Shown: piece by piece, positions 58,176 to 64,000 of the stretch
Layout of the letters: each line of letters starts with the position of its first letter
Numbering within the stretch: the first letter of the stretch is position 1
NCBI GenBank assembly: GCA_029250925.1
Contig: JAQXEH010000018.1
Coordinates: 1,641 to 65,640, forward strand
Reading direction: 5' to 3'
Origin: Hellea sp.
GTDB taxonomy: Bacteria; Pseudomonadota; Alphaproteobacteria; Caulobacterales; Maricaulaceae
Length of the DNA stretch: 64,000 nucleotides
Notes under the pieces: generated by a model
The model's input: the letters and a program-made list of their open reading frames with translations, nothing else
Database searches by the model: none
What the model was told of the DNA's origin: nothing
Program-made: the position numbers and the translations under genes

Positions 58176-58790
58176 TTTCTTAGATATTTCAGGCCCATTT
58201 AACCAATCAATTATTTCACTGATTGCCTCAGTATTGCCTTTATTTATAGACTGAACAATTGAAGAAACCTTAATGTCTTTTGACCTTTCTACCTTCATGG
58301 TATCATGTGTACCAATAAAAGATCTGTCTGAGGCATTTGATAAAGTAGAACTGAGATGAACAATTATTAAAGGAGCATTAGACTTACCATTATCAAAATA
58401 AGCTTCAAATCTTTTAATAGTAATACTAATTCTAATGTCAGAACGTACACCTGAGCTTGGCAACACTCCTATTAACCCTTCTCTGTTACTCAATAAATTT
58501 ACAAAAGTATTTTGTACCATGTCGGGAATACTTTCTTCCCATTGCGCCTGCTTAACAGAAGCTAATCTTTGGTCACTCAATGATACAATCAAATCTTTAC
58601 CTTGCAGAAACCTAGAGGCCTTAGGCCGGTCGACTCTAATAATTACTGCACTATCACTTTTAGGTATAGATTGCTGTGTTACTCCTAGCCTGTAAATTTG
58701 ATTAGCAGGGGCTGGTTCAGGTAAAAGAAAAGATGTACATCCAATCGAAAATATTACCATGATGAGAGATAGAAACTTTAAAGCTTTCAT
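58161..58790 (-). CDS. ABC-transport auxiliary lipoprotein (PqiC/DUF330-like)
   Basis: Lipobox FSIG|C, ~200 aa. 4-nt overlap with the upstream MlaD-like gene. This is the usual last gene of Mla/Pqi-like operons. Confidence 0.6.
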   Translation of the reverse strand: MKALKFLSLIMVIFSIGCTSFLLPEPAPANQIYRLGVTQQSIPKSDSAVIIRVDRPKASRFLQGKDLIVSLSDQRLASVKQAQWEESIPDMVQNTFVNLLSNREGLIGVLPSSGVRSDIRISITIKRFEAYFDNGKSNAPLIIVHLSSTLSNASDRSFIGTHDTMKVERSKDIKVSSIVQSINKGNTEAISEIIDWLNGPEISKKLISG

Positions 58791-59764
58791 TGTGGCAACT
58801 CCACCTTTTCTTCACTAACGCCGACTATAAATGCAGTTGGGTTTTGCTCAAAATTAATGAGAATACTCTCAAGCCCCAACACTGCACGTCTGATACTATC
58901 GATTGTTTCTTCTAGATCTGTAAGTCCAGAATTTGATAGACGGTTTATGGCATCACGGCCATCCGTTATCAATTGATTTGAGTCTTTTGATAGCGCCTCT
59001 ATTGCGACTAAAGTTTTATCTAGCTTTTCCATTGAAATTTTTGATCTGTCCAATACTGTTCTTACGTCAGTTTCAATTAATACATCAAAATCTTTTGCTG
59101 CTAAATCAACCGCATCAGCAGCTAGAGAGACATCGCTGGAAGCCTGCTCAATAGATTGCATTGTTCTGTTAAAGATTTCAGGGTCTACTTTAAGGTCAAC
59201 GAAATTATTTGTTATAACTTTTAAATTATTCAAAATTTCGTGAAAGTCCATTATAGCCTCTGGAGTCATTACGGCATTTATTCTGGCAAGAGCAGCTTGT
59301 GATGACTCCATCACAGTACCACCGCTGCCAAGCAATAAATCAATCCGACTAGCTTCTCCTTTCAATCTAAATGGATCTTTATCTGTGGAGTTTTTAATTA
59401 ATCGTGAATTTGGCCCACCCGGAATAATTTGAATATAATTCAACCCAGTCAATCCAAGCGGTTCCATTCTTCCAACACTCTCAAAATCTACAGGTGTATT
59501 AGACTCGACCTGTATGTCGACTATAACAGAGTTATTATCATTGGGGTCAATCCGTAATTCGTTAATATCACCGACTTTTAGGCCGTTAAAACGGACCTCT
59601 GTTCCTTCCGAGAGTCCTTGGACACCTCCTCTGAAAGAAATTTCATAATTATCAAATTTTTTGTCGAATTGCGCATTAGAAAGCCACGCCGTGAAAGCTA
59701 GAAGGGCAGCCAAAGAAACTAGAACAAATGTTCCTATTAAGGCGTAATGAGCTTTTCTTTCCAT
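58787..59764 (-). CDS. MCE/MlaD-family substrate-binding protein
   Basis: N-terminal TM anchor, then an MCE domain (EVRFNGLKVGDINELRIDP...), then a long helical C-terminus. Confidence 0.8.
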   Translation of the reverse strand: MERKAHYALIGTFVLVSLAALLAFTAWLSNAQFDKKFDNYEISFRGGVQGLSEGTEVRFNGLKVGDINELRIDPNDNNSVIVDIQVESNTPVDFESVGRMEPLGLTGLNYIQIIPGGPNSRLIKNSTDKDPFRLKGEASRIDLLLGSGGTVMESSQAALARINAVMTPEAIMDFHEILNNLKVITNNFVDLKVDPEIFNRTMQSIEQASSDVSLAADAVDLAAKDFDVLIETDVRTVLDRSKISMEKLDKTLVAIEALSKDSNQLITDGRDAINRLSNSGLTDLEETIDSIRRAVLGLESILINFEQNPTAFIVGVSEEKVELPQ

Positions 59765-59779
59765 ACAAATAATCGACCT

Positions 59780-60535
59780 TTAATTGAATCGTGACCTAGG
59801 GCCATTGAAGTATTCTTTAACCCATGGATTATCATATTGAGCCACTTTATGCAGACTATCCATAATGGCAATCTGTTTATTTATTAAAACTGCTACTTTA
59901 TCGCAGGTATTTAGTAGACTGTCTAAATCATGGGTTACCATTATAACTGTAAGATCCATAGAGGTTTTCAAACTCAAAATTAATTCATCAAATGCATGAG
60001 CAGCTATAGGGTCAAGGCCTGCTGTAGGCTCATCTAAAAATAACAATTTGGGGTCTAAAGCTAAAGCACGGGCTAATCCCGCTCTTTTTCTCATACCGCC
60101 AGACAACTCAGAGGGATATAAATCTAGAGCTTCAGATGATAAACCAACCATTTGTATTTTCATGGCAGCAATGCCTCGCAATAATTGCTCGCTCAAATTT
60201 GTATGCTCTCTCAAAGGAACAAGAATATTATCCAATATAGTCAATGATGAAAATAGGGCCCCACCTTGGAATAATACACCTATAGAATTATTTAATTCTC
60301 TTATATTATTTCTTTTGAGTTTTTTTCGACTGAGGCCATTAAAAAAAACTTCTCCGCATTGAGGCTCTATTAAGCCAAGCATTGTATTCATTAAAACTGA
60401 TTTTCCAGAACCAGACCCTCCTACTATACCTGTTATTTTACCTTCCTCAGCATGGAAGTTAAGATCTTTATGTACAAATTTTCTCCCAAATTTAGTGGTT
60501 ATACCCTTCGCATCTACGGGATGATATCTTTTCAT
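59780..60535 (-). CDS. ABC transporter ATP-binding protein (MlaF-like)
   Basis: Walker A GGSGSGKS, signature LSGGMRKR, Walker B LLFLDEP. Confidence 0.9.
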   Translation of the reverse strand: MKRYHPVDAKGITTKFGRKFVHKDLNFHAEEGKITGIVGGSGSGKSVLMNTMLGLIEPQCGEVFFNGLSRKKLKRNNIRELNNSIGVLFQGGALFSSLTILDNILVPLREHTNLSEQLLRGIAAMKIQMVGLSSEALDLYPSELSGGMRKRAGLARALALDPKLLFLDEPTAGLDPIAAHAFDELILSLKTSMDLTVIMVTHDLDSLLNTCDKVAVLINKQIAIMDSLHKVAQYDNPWVKEYFNGPRSRFN

Positions 60536-61677
60536 TACACCCCCATTTGATAAAATAGAATCGCAAAAATTGCATTCAACGCAATAACAGCAAAAATTGA
60601 TTGAACTACACTCTGCGTTGTTCTTGATCCCAATGACTCAACGCTTCCACTAACTGCAAGTCCTTGCCTACAGCCAATAATTGCAATCACAATAGCAAAA
60701 AACGGCGTTTTCACCAAACCAACCCAAAAACTCTCGATCCCAACGGCTTCATTTAGTCGAGCTAAAAATAATATCGGGGAAATATCCGTAGTCATCCAGG
60801 CAATTAACATACCAGAGAAAATACCGCTCATCATTCCTAAAAATGTCAAAATTGGTAATGCAATAATGCATGCTAGTGCCCTTGGGAAAACCAAAGTTTC
60901 ATAAGCATCTAATCCTATCACTTTTAAAGCATCAATTTCTTGACGCATTTTCATTGCACCAATTTGAGCAGTAAAGGATGAATTGGATCGACCAGCTACC
61001 AGAACAGCTACTATAATAGGCGCTAGCTCTCTCAATACGGATATACCAACGAGGTCCACCATAAAGATTGAAGCTCCAAAGGCAGCCAAAAGGTTTACCC
61101 CCATATAAGCAATAACGGCACCGATAAAAAAACAAAGAGTCATAACTATTGGAACCGCATTGACACCTACCTCTTCAATCAACGAAACCACAGATTTCCA
61201 TCGCACTTTATGCGGCCGAAAAATAAAATATATGAAAACCATAAAAAATTGCCCTAAAAAAGCTAGGGTCTCAACAAGCTCGTAAAAAAATCTATCAGTT
61301 CCTTTGCCAATATTAGTTAAAATATCGTACCATCTTCTTTTTTTATCACTCGCAGAGTAACTAGTTGAGGATATTACAAGTTTCATCAATGTTGAATAGC
61401 CCTCATCACTATTACAAATCATCCACTCACATTTATCTTTGAAACTTACCCTCAGTGCCTGACTAAGTATGAAAGCGCCTGCAGTATCTAAATTATTTAA
61501 TTTTGAGAAATTATATTGAACAGAGCCATATTCGTAAGAACCAATATCGGCTATAAACTTGGAGGCATCATTATCAAAATCTTTAATTGTCCAAGACCCA
61601 GTTACATCGACAAGTAAAACCTTATCCTTCACAGACAGTTTATACTTATCATAAATCATATTGAAGTTTGAAGGCAT
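60535..61677 (-). CDS. MlaE-family ABC permease with N-terminal STAS-like domain
   Basis: The C-terminal ~260 aa is a multi-TM MlaE-like permease (..REL.PI..A..VAGRS.S...A.IG.MK..QEIDAL..). The N-terminal ~120 aa is soluble and has an LDTAGAFIL STAS/MlaB-like pattern. Confidence 0.75.
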   Translation of the reverse strand: MPSNFNMIYDKYKLSVKDKVLLVDVTGSWTIKDFDNDASKFIADIGSYEYGSVQYNFSKLNNLDTAGAFILSQALRVSFKDKCEWMICNSDEGYSTLMKLVISSTSYSASDKKRRWYDILTNIGKGTDRFFYELVETLAFLGQFFMVFIYFIFRPHKVRWKSVVSLIEEVGVNAVPIVMTLCFFIGAVIAYMGVNLLAAFGASIFMVDLVGISVLRELAPIIVAVLVAGRSNSSFTAQIGAMKMRQEIDALKVIGLDAYETLVFPRALACIIALPILTFLGMMSGIFSGMLIAWMTTDISPILFLARLNEAVGIESFWVGLVKTPFFAIVIAIIGCRQGLAVSGSVESLGSRTTQSVVQSIFAVIALNAIFAILFYQMGV

Positions 61678-61720
61678 ATGGGTAACGATAAAAGTACTGC
61701 GCTAGAGGTCAAGGCTGTTT

Positions 61721-62710
61721 ATGAAAAGAAAATTAATAGTAACAAAAGAAAAATGGCCGATCAAAGGGTCTTTCAGAATATCTCGAAGTAGTATTACTGA
61801 AATTACAGTTGTCAAAGTAAGTATAACTGAAAATGGTTTTCAAGGTTATGGTGAATGCCGACCCTACTCAAGGTATAATGAAACACCTGAAAGCGTTTTA
61901 AGGCTTATTGAATCAGTAAGAACCAATATAGAAAAGGGTGCAAGAAATATAGAATTGCAATCTTTGCTACCCGCTGGTGCTGCGCGCAATGCAATCGATT
62001 GCGCACTCTGGGACTTAGAGGCAAAAATACAAAATAAATCAATATCTGAACTTTTGAGTATTCCAGTTGCTAAACCAAGAAGAACAGCTTTCACATTATC
62101 AATTGATACATCTGCAAATATTAAAAAAGCCGCTGAGAAAGCTATTTCTTTTTCAATATTAAAAATTAAAATAAATGGTTTTTTAGGCCTAGAATCATGC
62201 TTAGCGGTATTAGAAACTCGTCCAGATGCAAAACTAATAATTGACGCTAACGAGTCCTTAAATGTCAAAAATATAGATAAATTTCTTAATGCACTCAAAA
62301 ATTTTCCAGTTGCTATCATAGAGCAACCATTGCCTGACAAAGACTATAACCTAATTCCTAAACACTCAAATAAGTTACCGATAATCTGCGCCGATGAGTC
62401 ACTTCACACAATCAATGACTTAAATAAGCTTTGGGATGCTGGCTATAGGGCAGTCAATATTAAACTAGATAAATGCGGAGGACTTACAGCAGCGCTTAAA
62501 TTAATACATGCCGCAAAGAAAAAGGGCTTCATCATAATGAATGGCTGTATGGTTGGAACCTCATTGGCGATGGCACCTATAATGTCTCTAGAATACTTTG
62601 CTGATTATATTGATTTAGACGGACCATTACTATTATTAAAAGATCGTAAACCAGGTATGAATTATGAAAAGGGCATAATACATCCCGCTAAAAGAAGTTT
62701 ATGGGGTTAA
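61721..62710 (+). CDS. Dipeptide epimerase (L-Ala-D/L-Glu epimerase type, enolase superfamily)
   Basis: KIKING, IIDANESL, IIEQPLP, CADESL and NIKLDKCGGLT give the metal-ligand and catalytic Lys pattern of MLE-subgroup dipeptide epimerases. Confidence 0.75.
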   Translation: MKRKLIVTKEKWPIKGSFRISRSSITEITVVKVSITENGFQGYGECRPYSRYNETPESVLRLIESVRTNIEKGARNIELQSLLPAGAARNAIDCALWDLEAKIQNKSISELLSIPVAKPRRTAFTLSIDTSANIKKAAEKAISFSILKIKINGFLGLESCLAVLETRPDAKLIIDANESLNVKNIDKFLNALKNFPVAIIEQPLPDKDYNLIPKHSNKLPIICADESLHTINDLNKLWDAGYRAVNIKLDKCGGLTAALKLIHAAKKKGFIIMNGCMVGTSLAMAPIMSLEYFADYIDLDGPLLLLKDRKPGMNYEKGIIHPAKRSLWG

Positions 62711-62734
62711 TTCAGTTAAACTAGAAATATAATT

Positions 62735-63319
62735 CTAATTCGTTTCAGCACGGTTACTAAAGCTATTAGTTACATCACGTAATCCATCAACTAAATCATT
62801 GTATATTGTAAACTCATCAAAATTAGTATTTCCCGAAATTTTTAGAAGTGCATCTTCAAAGACTTGTAGTGCCATACGCGAGGCAATTAATGCTTGTTCA
62901 AGGTTAGTTATTTCCTCTTGATAGGATTTTTTTGGGGGTGCGGTGTTTAAATACATTTTAGCAGAATCAACTGTTTTCTCGACGTGCGTTGAGGCAATTC
63001 GAATATCCGATAAGGTACTTTCTAAATTATTAGCTGTCTGAACATAACTCTGATCAGCTTCATTTATTACTTCATTATCCGATAAACCCTTTAGAAGCAC
63101 TTTCGCAGCAAACTCCATTTGTTTTCTATTATTTTTGACAGCAAATCTTCTTTTGGAAAAGACCGCAGCTAATCGAGAGGTGGCTTTTTTAACAATACTA
63201 TCTTCTTCTAAATTATTTCCCATCTCTGATGGAATCTCTGGGGAATTACTAATATCAACTGTTGCGCAAGCATAAATGAACATTAAGGAAACTATGATTA
63301 AAAACCTTAATCTAAACAT
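62735..63319 (-). CDS. Hypothetical lipoprotein
   Basis: Lipobox MFIY|ACAT. The remainder is predicted helical, with no motif I recognise. Confidence 0.5.
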   Translation of the reverse strand: MFRLRFLIIVSLMFIYACATVDISNSPEIPSEMGNNLEEDSIVKKATSRLAAVFSKRRFAVKNNRKQMEFAAKVLLKGLSDNEVINEADQSYVQTANNLESTLSDIRIASTHVEKTVDSAKMYLNTAPPKKSYQEEITNLEQALIASRMALQVFEDALLKISGNTNFDEFTIYNDLVDGLRDVTNSFSNRAETN

Positions 63320-63364
63320 ATTGAATCCAATTTATATTTTATATTTCTTAAAAATAAACGCTTA

Positions 63365-64000
63365 TTAAGTTTTATTTAATTTATGGAACAGAGCTAATAA
63401 AATATAAATAATTACCATGAGGATAATTAAACTTATTCCACCTGAAATTTTGGAGTAAAGTTGTGGAAGGAATTTTTGAAGTACTCCAAGTATTAAGACC
63501 ATACTCATGAAAACTGGAGCAATCCATTTCACAAAAAACATCACAAACCTCCCTAACTTCTCGCCTTCCCCTGATATCTCTTCAGAAACAATACCTCTAT
63601 TTAATCTTGCTCCTGTAAATAAAACTATCAGCAACGCAGATAGGGGTGCTAAAATTGGACCCGCCAGACCAGTGTCTATGAACTCAAAAAACTCCTGAGA
63701 GTAAAGCGAACCAAAGCCGAGGGCAGTAATTGCAAACCCTGTAATCCACGCTGCTTTCTTTTTTGTTAAGTTGTATTTTTCAGCTACATAAGCAACTGAA
63801 GGCTCCAATAAAGATACTGATGAAGTAATTGCAGCAAAGAAAGCTAAAAAGAAAAATGCAGCACCAATATACCAATAATTGGCCAGTGCTGTGGGTAGTG
63901 TTATAAAGAATATTCCAGCCCCTGCATTAAAACTCAGATTATTAGCAAAAACAATTGGAAAAATAGCAAGGCCCGCAGTTAAAGCTACGATCGTATCAGC
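63365..64000 (-). CDS. Sodium-dependent (NSS/SNF family) transporter, partial (N-terminus beyond window end)
   Basis: The track begins at TTG 63808, but the frame stays open to 64000. It reads ...GIFFITLPTALANYWYIGAAFFFLAFFAAITSSVSLLEPSVAYVAEK..., typical of NSS TM6-TM8. Confidence 0.8.
   Translation of the reverse strand, partial: ADTIVALTAGLAIFPIVFANNLSFNAGAGIFFITLPTALANYWYIGAAFFFLAFFAAITSSVSLLEPSVAYVAEKYNLTKKKAAWITGFAITALGFGSLYSQEFFEFIDTGLAGPILAPLSALLIVLFTGARLNRGIVSEEISGEGEKLGRFVMFFVKWIAPVFMSMVLILGVLQKFLPQLYSKISGGISLIILMVIIYILLALFHKLNKT

Overview
AT-rich (about mid-30s % GC by eye), gene-dense window with no rRNA, CRISPR array, IS element, integrase or prophage genes. Several hallmarks point to a low-GC marine alphaproteobacterium: a CcrM-type adenine methyltransferase, mutY/DUF721/dsbA synteny, and tig-clpP-clpX-lon followed by tRNA-Val and tRNA-Asp.

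Two parts are visible.

(1) About 0.5-43.1 kb is a roughly 40-gene redox and acyl-CoA catabolic supercluster. It contains:
- two AcoA/AcoB-type TPP E1 pairs but only one E2 and no E3
- two exported PQQ dehydrogenases, one a lipoprotein with an N-terminal haem-c domain
- a TonB-dependent receptor, an SGNH lipoprotein and an HSL-type esterase
- a secreted DUF3604 protein
- an 8-gene operon: SDR, SDR, APH-fold kinase, 147-aa unknown, three acyl-CoA dehydrogenases, molybdopterin oxidoreductase
- a QS-type LuxR solo
- three PTGR1/YncB-like enone reductases and six SDRs in total
- two Rieske oxygenase alpha subunits and a P450, with no redox partners in the window
- a thiolase/DUF35 pair, an acyl-CoA ligase, and several NTF2-like, ABM and AhpD-like small proteins

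(2) About 43.1-64 kb is core housekeeping: nucleotidase, PsiE-like protein, ccrM, mutY, DUF721, dsbA, galTKE, two tRNAs, lon, clpX, clpP, tig, DedA, a Mla/Pqi-like ABC system, a dipeptide epimerase, and a partial Na+ symporter.

The most interesting candidates are two. The first is the kinase plus small partner plus FadE2/ACAD10-11-like dehydrogenase module, which follows LvaABC-like phospho-elimination logic and is extended by a molybdoenzyme. The second is the array that mixes periplasmic PQQ dehydrogenases, a TonB receptor, and an E2-less cytoplasmic E1 pair.

All family calls come from motif reading by eye. No searches were run.
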